DNA from: Candidatus Latescibacterota bacterium
GTDB lineage: Bacteria > Latescibacterota > UBA2968 > UBA8231
DNA length: 64,000 bases
NCBI GenBank assembly: GCA_965242865.1
Contig: CBDETK010000013.1
Coordinates: forward strand, 2,304,001 to 2,368,000
Direction: 5' to 3'
Both the position numbers and the translations under genes were made by a program. This document shows, piece after piece, positions 1 to 9,574 of this stretch (positions are counted from its first letter, which is position 1; each line of letters opens with the position of its first letter). The notes beneath the pieces are model-generated. The model was not told where the DNA came from, did no database searches, and was given only the letters and a program-made list of their open reading frames with translations.

Positions 1-583
1 CGACTTGCCCGCCAGCGACGAGCGCAAGCAGCACATCGAGAAGGTCATTGAGGAAGTGCGCCGGCTCAACGGCGTAATTACCGAGTTTCTCGAATTTGCT
101 CGGCCCGCACCGGCCAAGCCGCAGCCCACGGCGCTGGCCCCACTCGTGGCGGACGTGGCCTTTTTGCTCGCCCCGGAAATGCAGGCGGCCGGCATCCGCT
201 ACGAGGCACACATCGCGCCCGACTTGGCGTGCTACATCGACGCCGAGCAGCTGGAGCGGGCACTGCTCAACCTGATGAAGAACGCCGTTCAAGCCATGCG
301 CGACGGCGGGCACTTGACCGTGCGGGCCACGGCCACGGGCGGGGACGTCGTCGTCGAGGTGGCCGACGATGGCCCAGGGATGTCCGAGGAGGTGCAGGCG
401 CGCCTTTTTGAGCCGTTCTTTACGACCAAGGAGAAAGGGTCCGGCCTAGGGATGGCGTTGGTGGCGCGGGCGGTCGAGGAAAACCGCGGCCGGATCGAAC
501 TAGACAGTCGGCCAGGCCAAGGCACGGTGTGCCGCCTGCGCCTGCCGCAGTCCAAGGATGGAGGGCCATGGGCCGGATTCTGA
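1..583 (+). CDS. Sensor histidine kinase, C-terminal HATPase part (5' truncated by window edge)
   Basis: N box LLNLMKNAVQA, G1 DDGPGM, F box FEPFFTTK, G2 GSGLGM; overlaps the downstream response regulator. Confidence 0.93.
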   Translation, partial: DLPASDERKQHIEKVIEEVRRLNGVITEFLEFARPAPAKPQPTALAPLVADVAFLLAPEMQAAGIRYEAHIAPDLACYIDAEQLERALLNLMKNAVQAMRDGGHLTVRATATGGDVVVEVADDGPGMSEEVQARLFEPFFTTKEKGSGLGMALVARAVEENRGRIELDSRPGQGTVCRLRLPQSKDGGPWAGF

Positions 584-2022
584 TTATCGACGACAACCAA
601 AGCCTCGGCGACGGGCTGGTGCTGAGCTTGAACAAGATGGGGCATCGCGCCGTGGCCGTGGGCAGCGGGCGCGAAGGATTGGCCCGGATGAAGGACCAGC
701 CCTTTGACTTGGTCCTCACCGATTACCGCATGGAGGAGATGGACGGCTTGGCGGTGATAGAGGCGGTGCAGCGCCAAGCCCCCGACACCGACGTGATGAT
801 GATGACGGCCTACGACACCCGGAAGTTGGCGGTAGAGGCCATGGAGCGGGGGGCAATCGACTTCATCGTCAAACCCTTCCTCCCAGACGAACTGTGGATG
901 AAGGTCAACAAGCGGCTCGACTATCGAGCCAAGCTGCGGGAAGCCCAAGCCAAGCTGCGGGAAGCCCAAACCCTCCGCCGCGAAGCCGAGGCCAAACTGC
1001 GCGACTGGGAACACTTATTCGAGCAAAACCGCTATTTGCGCGAAGAGATTGACAGCCGCTACAACTTCGGCGAAATCGTCGGCCAATCCCCGCGGATCAA
1101 GGCCGTGCGCGAGCGCGTACGCAAGGTGGCGTCGTCGTCGTCGTCGGTGCTCATCTACGGAGAAAGCGGCACCGGCAAGGAGCTCGTGGCCCGCGCTGTC
1201 CACTACCAGAGCAGCCGCAGCAAAGGTCCGTTCGTCAAGGTCAACTGCGGCGCGCTGCCGGCCGGATTGGTCGAAAGCGAGTTGTTTGGCCACGAGCGCG
1301 GGGCCTTTACCAGCGCCGTGCGTCGCAAAAAGGGCAAGTTTGAACTGGCCGAGGGGGGGACGATTTTTTTGGACGAGATCGGCGATGTCCCGCTGGAGAC
1401 CCAAGTTCGGTTGTTGCGGGTGTTGCAGGAAAAGCAGTTCGACCGCGTGGGGGGCGAGCAGCCGCTCGACGTGGATGCGCGGGTGGTGGTGGCCACCAAC
1501 CGGCCGCTCAAGCGCATGGTCGAACAGGGAACCTTCCGCGAGGACCTCTTCTATCGGCTGGAGGTCATCCCCCTCACCTTGCCGCCGCTGCGGGACCGGC
1601 GCGAGGACATCGAGCTATTGGTGCAGCACTTTACCGAAAAAAAATGCGGGGAAATGAACATTCCGCCGAAGCGTCTAACCGAAGAAGCCCTGACCAGCCT
1701 AAAAAGCTACCCGTGGCCGGGCAATGTGCGCGAACTGGAAAACATCATCGAGCGCACCATGGTGTTGGTCGACGGGGAGGAAATCGGCTACCACGATTTA
1801 CCGCTGGCTTTTGACGAGGCGGCCGAGGAGGGGGTGGCGGCGGAAGCGGCGGACGACGGGAGCTTGCTACTCAACGAGCACCTCGACGAGCTGGAGCGGG
1901 ACCTAATCGCTCGGGCCCTCGAAGAAGCGCAGCACGTCAAGACCAAGGCGGCTTCGCTCTTGGGCATCAAGACGAGTGCCCTGTACTACAAACTCGACAA
2001 ATACGGCCTAGATTCGCGATGA
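568..2022 (+). CDS. Sigma54-dependent NtrC/AtoC-family response regulator (REC-AAA+-Fis HTH)
   Basis: Start MGRILIIDD at 568; Walker A GESGTGKE, GAFTSA loop, FLDEIGD, WPGNVREL, C-terminal Fis HTH. Confidence 0.96.
   Translation: MGRILIIDDNQSLGDGLVLSLNKMGHRAVAVGSGREGLARMKDQPFDLVLTDYRMEEMDGLAVIEAVQRQAPDTDVMMMTAYDTRKLAVEAMERGAIDFIVKPFLPDELWMKVNKRLDYRAKLREAQAKLREAQTLRREAEAKLRDWEHLFEQNRYLREEIDSRYNFGEIVGQSPRIKAVRERVRKVASSSSSVLIYGESGTGKELVARAVHYQSSRSKGPFVKVNCGALPAGLVESELFGHERGAFTSAVRRKKGKFELAEGGTIFLDEIGDVPLETQVRLLRVLQEKQFDRVGGEQPLDVDARVVVATNRPLKRMVEQGTFREDLFYRLEVIPLTLPPLRDRREDIELLVQHFTEKKCGEMNIPPKRLTEEALTSLKSYPWPGNVRELENIIERTMVLVDGEEIGYHDLPLAFDEAAEEGVAAEAADDGSLLLNEHLDELERDLIARALEEAQHVKTKAASLLGIKTSALYYKLDKYGLDSR
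928..969 (+). repeat. Exact 21-bp tandem duplication (AKLREAQ x2) in the REC-AAA coiled-coil linker
   Basis: gccaagctgcgggaagcccaa at 928-948 and 949-969. Confidence 0.9.
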
Positions 2023-2906
2023 GAAGCTCATTCATTCTTTGGTTTGTTTTGGGATCGGCCCTGCCCGGCGTCGTGCGCGGGGATTCGGTCCAGTTGGGCC
2101 TGCTAAAGGCCCAGTACCGCGCCTTGGAAAGCCAACTCGACTCCCTCGCCGGCCAGCGCTTGGGGGTTGCGGCCGAAGCCGAGGTGCTGTCCGCCCGCAT
2201 CGACAGCCTGAAGCGGAGCGCCGCGGATTCGGCCGAGCTGGGCAACGCCCTGCGCTCCTCGCTCAAATTGGTGCAGCGCACGGTCGAAATCGACTGGAAG
2301 TTGGTGGCGTTGGAGGCGCGGCAGGACAGTTTAGCCGAGCGCTTGTGCCTCGCCTACGACTGGGAAATCAGCGTCCTCATCCAGAAGTTGGCCCAGCAAC
2401 CCGACCGGGGCCTGTCGGCCCAACTCATGCTCTATCAGGAGGCGCGGGAGCGGCTCGGGGTCGGGCTGTACAGCGCGAACCTGCACTACAGCGAGCAGAT
2501 GAAGATCGAGGCGGACGACGGGCCGGACGAAATTCAGCAAAAGCAAGAGCTATTGGAAGACATCGCCGACCGCCTCGAAGCCGAATGGAGCGCCAACGCG
2601 GACCTGATGGGCCGCTTGGAAGTCGAGCACCGGCTGTGCGCCGAGGCGGAACAGGCCCAGGCCAAAGCGCGGCGGCCCGAGGAGCGGGTTTTGGTGAGCG
2701 GGGCGCCGCGGGCGCCAGTGCGATTTTTCAGGCGCGACGGGTCCTTGGCCGAATTTGATCTCGGCTCGTCGGTTGCCGAAGTCGCCTTGAAAATTCACAA
2801 GTTGAAGGCCCGCCAGCAGGAACTCCTCGAGCTGCGGGCCGTGGTTGCAGGCCGCTCCGAGGAGTTCGAGTGCTACTTGCGCTGCATGTTAGAAGGCGCG
2901 GAATAG
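2019..2906 (+). CDS. Hypothetical secreted coiled-coil protein
   Basis: ATGA overlap with the regulator stop; N-terminal signal peptide; heptad-rich helical sequence. Confidence 0.75.
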   Translation: MRSSFILWFVLGSALPGVVRGDSVQLGLLKAQYRALESQLDSLAGQRLGVAAEAEVLSARIDSLKRSAADSAELGNALRSSLKLVQRTVEIDWKLVALEARQDSLAERLCLAYDWEISVLIQKLAQQPDRGLSAQLMLYQEARERLGVGLYSANLHYSEQMKIEADDGPDEIQQKQELLEDIADRLEAEWSANADLMGRLEVEHRLCAEAEQAQAKARRPEERVLVSGAPRAPVRFFRRDGSLAEFDLGSSVAEVALKIHKLKARQQELLELRAVVAGRSEEFECYLRCMLEGAE

Positions 2907-3265
2907 CGATCGCCAACCGCGTCCAACCCCCGGCTGACCTCCACTACATTGTCCCGCATTGCACCGAAGGCGTCCTTGAGCCGTTGGTAGGCGGCCCAGG
3001 GGTCGGTCTGGTGGCCGCAGGTAAAAAGGTCGAGGGCGGCATACCCGCGCTCGGGCCAGGTGTGGACGGCCAAGTGGCTCTCTTGGACGATGAGGACGCC
3101 GGTGACGCCCCCGGGACTAAAGCGATGGAACGCAGTGCCCAAGACGCGGGCGCCGGCCGCCGTGGCCGCGGCCTGTAACTCGGCCGCGATGTAATCGGGG
3201 TCGTCGAGCCGCTCGCGGTCGCAATCGTACAGATCGACGAGCAGATGGCGGCCTAGGGCCTGCAT
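2873..3265 (-). CDS. speD: S-adenosylmethionine decarboxylase proenzyme (class 1B)
   Basis: LGRHLLVDLY start, ESH autocleavage motif (IVQESHLAVHTWPE), DLFTCG. Confidence 0.93.
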   Translation of the reverse strand: MQALGRHLLVDLYDCDRERLDDPDYIAAELQAAATAAGARVLGTAFHRFSPGGVTGVLIVQESHLAVHTWPERGYAALDLFTCGHQTDPWAAYQRLKDAFGAMRDNVVEVSRGLDAVGDRYSAPSNMQRK

Positions 3266-3295
3266 TGGGGGCCAACGGCACCGAGGACGAGGCCC

Positions 3296-3484
3296 TCAGA
3301 CATACTCGACGATGTCGGTGGGCAGGCACTTGAGATCGCGGCATATATTGGACAGGGTGTACGGGTCCATGCCCTCTGTGCCTTGGTCGATGGCCTTTTT
3401 GATGTGCTGATAGGTGGTCAGGTTGATTTCGGGTTTGCGGTCTTCGAGCATCTGCTCAATCACTTCTCTCTTAAAGCGGATCAT
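3296..3484 (-). CDS. Small Cro/C1-type HTH protein (YozG-like)
   Basis: C-terminal LSNICRDLKCLPTDIVEY pattern; purine-rich RBS (GAGGAAG) upstream. Confidence 0.7.
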   Translation of the reverse strand: MIRFKREVIEQMLEDRKPEINLTTYQHIKKAIDQGTEGMDPYTLSNICRDLKCLPTDIVEYV

Positions 3485-3574
3485 GCGGCTTCCTCTTCCT
3501 CTCGTGCGGGTGAGTTGTGGGCTGTGGGCTAATAAGTAAGGAACGCGGCGGCTAGCGTCAAAAGGCTAGCCGGG

Positions 3575-4816
3575 CTATTCGTAGCGCAGGGCGTCAATGG
3601 GGTTGAGCAGGGCGGCTTGGCGGGCCGGGTAGATGCCAAAACCAATGCCGACCGCGGCCGAGACCCCAAAGGCGAGGGCAATGGTCCAAGGCTGGACAAT
3701 GGTGCGCCAGCCCGCGTACAGGGTGATCAATTCCGGGATGGCGTACCCCAGCACCACGCCAATCAGGCCGCCGATTAGACTGACCAACAGGGACTCGACC
3801 AAAAATTGCGCGAGGATGTCGCGCCGCCGGGCGCCCAAGGCGCGGCGGATGCCGATTTCGCGCGTGCGCTCCAGCACCGAGGCCAGCATGATATTCATGA
3901 TGCCGATGCCGCCGACCAATAGGGAGATGCCGGCGATGCAGCCCATGACGATGTTGAAAATCTGCTGGGTTTTCTGGCTCTGGCGCAACAGCTCTTCGGG
4001 AATGGCGATCTTGAAGTCCTCAACGCCGCGATGCCGCCGGTTGAGGATGGTGCGCACGATGGCCGCGGCCTCTGGCAATTGGTCCGAGTTGGGGATTTTG
4101 ACGGTGATTTGGGTCAGCTCGGGCTCGCCCGGCGCGCGGTGGAAGCGGTTGAGCAGCACCGTCAGCGGGACGTAGAGGTCCTCGTCCGTGTTGCGCACTT
4201 CGAGTACGCCGCCGATTTTGCCGCCGGCCGCGCCCTTGTCTTCGAGTACGCCGATGACCGTAAACCACTGGTTGCGGATTTTGACCCGGCCGCCGAGGGG
4301 ATCGTCCAAAAAGAACAGGGCGCGCTTGGCGTCCGCGCCCAACACGCATACGCGCTTGGCGTCGCGCATGTCCGCGGCCGAGAAGAACGCGCCGCTTTTC
4401 ATGCGGGCGTCGATCACGGTCTGATAGTCGGGCGTGGTGCCCACCGCCATGGTGTGAAAGGTGTTGCCTTGGGCTTGGGCCTTGACCTTGACCTCGCGCT
4501 GCGGGGTCGCGTAATCGGCCAACAGGCATATCGCGGCGATCGAGCGGGCGTCGTCCCAGGTCAGGCCGGCCGAGCGGTTGTGGTCCGCGTCCGGGGCGTT
4601 GCCGGCTTGGTCTTTTGCCCAGTGCTGGACGATGATGTTGCTAATGCCCATCTGGCGAATTTGTTCGAGGGATTCTTGCTTGGCCCCCTCGCCGATGGAC
4701 AGCATGGCGATGACCGCGGCCACGCCAAAGACGATGCCGAGCATGGTCAGCATGGTCCGCAGCTTGTGCGAGAGCAGCCCGACCCAGCTCAAGGCGGCTG
4801 TTTCGCGCAGGTCCAT
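3575..4816 (-). CDS. MacB/FtsX-family ABC transporter permease
   Basis: KLRTMLTMLGIVFGVAAVIAMLSIGEG; LLVGGIGIMNIMLASVLERTREIGIRRALGA; LNPIDALRYE. Confidence 0.95.
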   Translation of the reverse strand: MDLRETAALSWVGLLSHKLRTMLTMLGIVFGVAAVIAMLSIGEGAKQESLEQIRQMGISNIIVQHWAKDQAGNAPDADHNRSAGLTWDDARSIAAICLLADYATPQREVKVKAQAQGNTFHTMAVGTTPDYQTVIDARMKSGAFFSAADMRDAKRVCVLGADAKRALFFLDDPLGGRVKIRNQWFTVIGVLEDKGAAGGKIGGVLEVRNTDEDLYVPLTVLLNRFHRAPGEPELTQITVKIPNSDQLPEAAAIVRTILNRRHRGVEDFKIAIPEELLRQSQKTQQIFNIVMGCIAGISLLVGGIGIMNIMLASVLERTREIGIRRALGARRRDILAQFLVESLLVSLIGGLIGVVLGYAIPELITLYAGWRTIVQPWTIALAFGVSAAVGIGFGIYPARQAALLNPIDALRYE

Positions 4817-4819
4817 GGA

Positions 4820-6163
4820 TTACCGCACGGCGGGCGCGTTCGCCTCCGGGGCCGCGTCCATGCCGCCGATGGGATCCACCGCTTGGGTGGGGTCGCGCAG
4901 GGCGACGCGATCGTCCGGGGTCAGCCCGTGCTGGACGATGACGAAGTCCTCGTTTTTCTGGCCCAACGTCACGGCCCGCTCCTCGGGCTGGCCCCGGACG
5001 AGGCAATAGACGAGGGCGCGGCCGTCCTTTTCAAAAACCGCGTCTAAGGGGATGTACAGGGGGAGGGGGGCAGCCGCGGCCACCTCGCCGGCTTCGGTTT
5101 GCACGGAGTCGGGCGCGGCCACGGGCCGGGGCGGGATGGTCTCGACGATGACTTCGGCGGTCGCGGTCATCCCGGGCTTGAGCCGGGCGTCTTGTTCCTC
5201 TATGGAGAGCACCACGTCAAAGACCTTGACGTTTTTTTCGCCCTCCTTTTCGCGGCCAAGCGAGGCAATGCTCTTGATGCGGCCGTGGAAGGTGGGGCCG
5301 GGCAGGGCGTCGAGCTGGATGAGCGCCACTTGGCCGGTGTCGAGCTTATCGACCTCGACCTCATTGACATAGGTCTTGACCTGCATCTGGGAGAGGTCCG
5401 GCAGGGAGAGGACGTTGACTCCGCCCCAGATTTCGTCGCCGACGCGCACCTTTTCTGGCCGCTCGCCCTTCCACACCTTGCCGTACACCACCAAGCCGGG
5501 CTTTTCGGCCTGAATGGTCGTGCTCGCCAACTCTTGGCGGGCCTTGTCTAGCTCGCGCTCGTTGCGCTCGATTTCGAGCTGACGCTTCCTGACCTCGGCG
5601 TTGTTGACCACCTGTTGCGACGCTAGTTTCTCAACGGCTTGCTGGTAGCCCAGCTCGGCTTTGTGGGCCTCGATTTGGGCCTCTTCCTTTTGGATGGTGG
5701 CTTCAAAGGCCATGCGCTCGACCGTGAGCTCGGCCAGCCGCAAGTTGGCCTCTTGGTTTTTGATATCGGCTTCGAGCTTGGCGATTTCGACCTTTTGGGT
5801 GGCCCGCGTTTTCTCCAAGTCGGCCCGGGCGACCTCGACTTGCTGCTCGGCGTCCATGACCCGCTTCTGAAAATCGGTCTGCTCAAACTGGACGAGCAAA
5901 TCCCCCACGGCCACTTGCTCGCCTTCGGGAAAGAGCTCGACGATCTTGAGCTGACCGCGGACCCGGGGCGCGACGATGTTTTCGGCCTTTACGGCTTCGA
6001 GCTCGCCGCCTTTGAGCGCCAAGGAGATGACGAATTCGCCCTGCTGGACGGGGTAGGAGGGGACGGAGGACGCGGCGTCGGGCTTGTGCCGCAAGGCGAC
6101 AACCGCCCCGACCCCAACCGCGACCGCGCCCAGCCCGGCGATCCACCACTGGCGGCGGGTCAA
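4820..6163 (-). CDS. MacA-like membrane fusion (periplasmic adaptor) protein
   Basis: N-terminal anchor, lipoyl half-motif EGEQVAVGDLL, long alpha-hairpin, LKPGMTA. Confidence 0.9.
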   Translation of the reverse strand: MTRRQWWIAGLGAVAVGVGAVVALRHKPDAASSVPSYPVQQGEFVISLALKGGELEAVKAENIVAPRVRGQLKIVELFPEGEQVAVGDLLVQFEQTDFQKRVMDAEQQVEVARADLEKTRATQKVEIAKLEADIKNQEANLRLAELTVERMAFEATIQKEEAQIEAHKAELGYQQAVEKLASQQVVNNAEVRKRQLEIERNERELDKARQELASTTIQAEKPGLVVYGKVWKGERPEKVRVGDEIWGGVNVLSLPDLSQMQVKTYVNEVEVDKLDTGQVALIQLDALPGPTFHGRIKSIASLGREKEGEKNVKVFDVVLSIEEQDARLKPGMTATAEVIVETIPPRPVAAPDSVQTEAGEVAAAAPLPLYIPLDAVFEKDGRALVYCLVRGQPEERAVTLGQKNEDFVIVQHGLTPDDRVALRDPTQAVDPIGGMDAAPEANAPAVR

Positions 6164-6170
6164 GACAGCC

Positions 6171-7355
6171 TCATCGGGGGGCCGTGGGGTCTTTGAGGGC
6201 GACGATGTCGCCTTCGGCTAGGCCGGAAGCCACCACGGCGGCCGTGGCGTTTTGCGCGGCCAATTCGACCGCTACTTCGGCGAACTCGTCGCCTTGGAGC
6301 CGATAGGCAACCCAGCGGTCGGCGCGGACAAAGACGGCGTTTAGCGGCACGGAGAGGACGTCCGGGAGGGACTGGAGGACGATCTCGACTTCGGCGGACA
6401 TACCGGGCTTGAGCCGGGCGTCCTGTTCGTCGATGTCGATGATCAGCTCAAAGACGTGGATGTCGGGCGCGCCGGGCTGGGGGGAGGCCATGGGCGCGAT
6501 GTCGGCTACGACGCCGTTGAAGACCGGCCCGGGGAAGGCTTCGAGGCGGATGAAGGCGCGCTGGCCGACGCGCATGCGCTCAATGTCCATTTCGCCGATC
6601 AGGCACAGCACCTGCATCTTGCTCATGTCTGGGATTTCGAGCAGGGCGCGGCCTCCCCAAACTTGGTCGCCGATCGCGACTTTGCCCTCCTCGTCGGTGC
6701 CCGGTTTCCAGATTTTGCGATAGACCACGATCCCCGGTTTGGCCGCATAGACGCTGGTGCGCTCGTAATCGCGCCGGGCCTTTTCGTAGCGCTCCTGCCG
6801 GCGGGAGATACTCAGCTCGTGCTTGCGAAAATCCACGCGGTTGACCACTTCTTGGGCGACGGATTCTTGGTGCGCTTCCGCCATGGCGCGCCGGGCCTTG
6901 GCCAAATTGATGCGCCCCTGCTCTTGGTCGATGATCGAGGCAAACTGCTGGCGCTCTTGGTTGATCGCGGCGAGCTGGAGATCGGCCCGCCGCTGCTGGA
7001 TCGTGCGCTTGATGTCGGCGAGGCGTTGCCCGTGCCAAGCCTTGGCCTTGGCAAAGTCGGATTGGGCCTGTTCGAGCCGGCCCTCGCGGTCGAGCATCTC
7101 CCGTTCAAAATCGGCCGGGTCGAACTGGAGGATCAAATCGCCGACATCCACTTGCTCGCCTTCGGGCCAGAGGTGGATGATCTTGAGCCGGCCGCCGATC
7201 CGCGGCGACATCACCACTTCGCCGCTGGCCGTGGCCACCTCGCCCGCTTCAAAATGCGTCACCGCAAAATCGCCGCGCACGACCTCGGCCGTGGGCAAGT
7301 CCGGCGACGCCCCCTGACAGGCGCCCAGCACTAGGGCGCAAAAGACCGCTTTCAC
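6171..7355 (-). CDS. Second MacA-like membrane fusion protein (lipoprotein)
   Basis: Lipobox LGAC; [11 protein letters not shown]; LKPGMSA; paralogous to the neighbouring adaptor. Confidence 0.9.
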   Translation of the reverse strand: MKAVFCALVLGACQGASPDLPTAEVVRGDFAVTHFEAGEVATASGEVVMSPRIGGRLKIIHLWPEGEQVDVGDLILQFDPADFEREMLDREGRLEQAQSDFAKAKAWHGQRLADIKRTIQQRRADLQLAAINQERQQFASIIDQEQGRINLAKARRAMAEAHQESVAQEVVNRVDFRKHELSISRRQERYEKARRDYERTSVYAAKPGIVVYRKIWKPGTDEEGKVAIGDQVWGGRALLEIPDMSKMQVLCLIGEMDIERMRVGQRAFIRLEAFPGPVFNGVVADIAPMASPQPGAPDIHVFELIIDIDEQDARLKPGMSAEVEIVLQSLPDVLSVPLNAVFVRADRWVAYRLQGDEFAEVAVELAAQNATAAVVASGLAEGDIVALKDPTAPR

Positions 7356-8062
7356 TCGGCCGCCTCCTCGGCTGGGCGATCGCTTTCGATGCGGCCATCG
7401 CGGAAGCGGACGATGCGGCGGCTGCGGCGGGCGAGGTGCTCTTCGTGCGTCACTAGGAGCACGGTGTTGCCGGCCGCGTGCATTTGGTCAAACAGCTCCA
7501 TGATCTCGTCGCCGGTGCGCGAGTCCAAGGCGCCGGTCGGCTCGTCGGCGAGGATGATGGAGGGGTCGTTGACGAGGGCGCGGGCAATGGCCACGCGCTG
7601 CCGCTGGCCGCCGGACAGCTCGTTGGGCCGGTGGTCGATGCGCTCGGCCAAGCCCACGGACGCGAGGGCGCGGGCGGCCCGCTCGCGGCGTTGGCGCGCT
7701 GGCAGGCCGCTGTAAATCAGGGGCAGTTCGACATTGCCCAAGGCGTTGGCGCGGGGCAGGAGGTTAAAGGTTTGAAAGACGAAGCCGATTTGTCGATTGC
7801 GGATGCGCGCCAAGTCGTCGTCGTCCATTTCGCTGACGAGGACTTGGCCGAGCGCGTAGCGGCCCGAGGTGGGCACATCGAGGCAGCCGAGGATGTTGAG
7901 CAAGGTGCTCTTGCCCGACCCCGAAGGCCCCATGATGGCCACGTATTCGCCAGCCGCCACGCAGAGATCGACCTCGCTGAGGGCGTGGACCGCCGTCGCC
8001 CCCATGTCGTAGGTCTTGGTCAGGTTGCGTATTTCAATGATTGGGTCCACGGGCTGTTCCAA
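7352..8062 (-). CDS. ABC transporter ATP-binding protein (MacB/LolD type)
   Basis: [33 protein letters not shown]. Confidence 0.96.
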   Translation of the reverse strand: MEQPVDPIIEIRNLTKTYDMGATAVHALSEVDLCVAAGEYVAIMGPSGSGKSTLLNILGCLDVPTSGRYALGQVLVSEMDDDDLARIRNRQIGFVFQTFNLLPRANALGNVELPLIYSGLPARQRRERAARALASVGLAERIDHRPNELSGGQRQRVAIARALVNDPSIILADEPTGALDSRTGDEIMELFDQMHAAGNTVLLVTHEEHLARRSRRIVRFRDGRIESDRPAEEAAE

Positions 8063-8699
8063 TCGCTCGCACTTGCCCGCGCTCTAGCCACCCGGCCGCC
8101 TTGGCGGGCGGCTGCCGGACGCGCACGTAGCCAGCCTGCTCTTCTTCGACGAGCAGGACCGCACCCGCCTCGACGCGGGCTAGCATGGGAGCACTCGGAG
8201 CGGGGGCGGTGCGCAGGACGCCGCCGGTGGGCGCGTACACCATGCGCTCGATAAAGCCATCGACGGTGGCTCTAAACACGGCCAAGGCGTCGCCAGCCAA
8301 GGCGCTGTGGGGCGCGACCTGCGGAGCCGCTAGCTTGCTGTACCGCCAAGTGATCTCGGCCGCGGTTGGGCGGTGGGGGCGGAGGTGGGCTAGTTCGGGC
8401 GCGGGCGCGGGCGCCTTGGGGCCGGCGGCGGTAAAGATGGCGGTGACTAAGGTCTCGGTTTCGGGGTTGTAGGGGCTGGGCCGGGCCTGCCAGCGGACCA
8501 GTTGGCCGCTGTCGTATGCTTGCAGGATGTAAGCGCGGGTCAGTTCGTCGAAGCGCGCCACAATGCCTTGGTATTCGCACTCGGCGCGTTGCAAGCCGTC
8601 GATGTCGCGGGCCATATCGCGCACGACGCTTGGGTTGGGGGTGGGGAGCAAGACGAGGACGGGTGCGAGCACCGTCTTGAGGATGCGGGTAGCTACCAT
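8034..8699 (-). CDS. Hypothetical exported protein with C-terminal bacterial SH3-like domain
   Basis: Start MVATRILK at 8699 just downstream of a sigma70 promoter; LRTAP...GYVRV...GWL SH3b pattern. Confidence 0.65.
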   Translation of the reverse strand: MVATRILKTVLAPVLVLLPTPNPSVVRDMARDIDGLQRAECEYQGIVARFDELTRAYILQAYDSGQLVRWQARPSPYNPETETLVTAIFTAAGPKAPAPAPELAHLRPHRPTAAEITWRYSKLAAPQVAPHSALAGDALAVFRATVDGFIERMVYAPTGGVLRTAPAPSAPMLARVEAGAVLLVEEEQAGYVRVRQPPAKAAGWLERGQVRAIGTARGPNH

Positions 8700-8718
8700 G
8701 GCGTTGGGGTCTGTAAGG

Positions 8719-8747
8719 ATGCTAGCGCATCGGGGTATCCTTGTCAA
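8719..8747 (-). promoter_or_regulatory. Sigma70-type promoter for the SH3/ABC exporter operon
   Basis: Minus strand TTGACA-17 nt-TAGCAT, about 20 nt upstream of ATG 8699. Confidence 0.6.
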
Positions 8748-8781
8748 GAAACGCAGGGGGCAAAGACGCGGGCTAGGCTTT

Positions 8782-8808
8782 GTCTTTCCCGCGAAAGCGG
8801 GAATCCAG
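8782..8808. repeat. dRS3/RPE-like palindromic repeat
   Basis: gtctttcccgcgaaagcgggaatccag (TTCCCGC-GAAA-GCGGGAA); same core recurs at about 29336-29362 and 61684-61737. Confidence 0.8.
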
Positions 8809-8880
8809 AGCGGCTGCGTCCTCGCATGCGGAAATACGGGTTGCGCTCCTAAAGGATTTTTTAGTCCATATCCTGCTTTT

Positions 8881-8896
8881 TGGCACGCAATTTGCA
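8881..8896 (+). promoter_or_regulatory. Sigma54 (-24/-12) promoter
   Basis: TGGCAC-GCAAT-TTGCA, exact match to TGGCAC-N5-TTGC(A/T), intergenic. Confidence 0.75.
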
Positions 8897-9020
8897 TACA
8901 TAATCGTAGAAGCAAGGCCGATACGAAAGAAAGGAGGGGATGCGAACTCGTATCGGCTGTCTTTCAACCCTCACTTCCAGCACCATAGCAGTATCGGGCC
9001 GCTGGCGTACTGGGCAACAT

Positions 9021-9300
9021 AGAGCGTATACGAAAATTGCTTTTCTGTTGATAAAAAGGTCTTGGCAACCTACACTTTCCGTAGCATTTGACCCCAATTT
9101 AGAGGAGGAAAGTCATGGTCACCAAGCCTCATTCCCAAGCCCCGCTTTGGCATACCCCAGACGCCTTGTGGAATCAGATCGCGCCGATACTGGGAGCGGA
9201 CAAACAACCCGGCACGGTCGGACGCCCAGCCACCCCCAACCGCGTTATTTTCGACGCCCTGATCGTTGTGTTGCACAGCGGCTGCCCGTGGCAAGCTCGC
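9021..9300 (+). mobile_element. IS5-family remnant: left end plus N-terminal transposase fragment (DUF4096-like)
   Basis: ORF from 9115, PDALWNQIAPIL...GRP...RVIFDALIVVLHSGCPW, typical of an IS5 transposase N-terminus; no DDE domain follows; putative terminal repeat AGAGCGTATACGAAAA at 9021. Confidence 0.75.
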
Positions 9301-9574
9301 GAGGATGCACAACCTATCTATCGGAAAAGCATCCTCCCGCAATGCTGCGATTGTGCCTCTTTTGACAGCAATGTCCGAACTCCCAACCCCAGAGATTGTT
9401 AAATTGCTCGAGTCGATGGACAGAACAGGTCCCAGTGATCGCAGTTTGGAGAGTTGGCGCAATCTGATTGTCAAGCCGCGGTTTTTGGCGGAACCAGCGC
9501 ACGAAGAGTCAAAGTAATTGTACATAGATCGGCATACTTTATGGGTTTATGGGCGCGGCATTGATGTTTTGTTT

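Noticed and set aside
8700-8915. N-terminal extension of ORF 8034-8915
   Set aside because: It reads through a promoter and the palindromic repeat (WIPAFAGKT is the repeat translation); the true start is likely 8699.
9300-9525. AT-rich stretch with short ORFs after the IS5 fragment
   Set aside because: No recognisable motif or IS right end; left unannotated.
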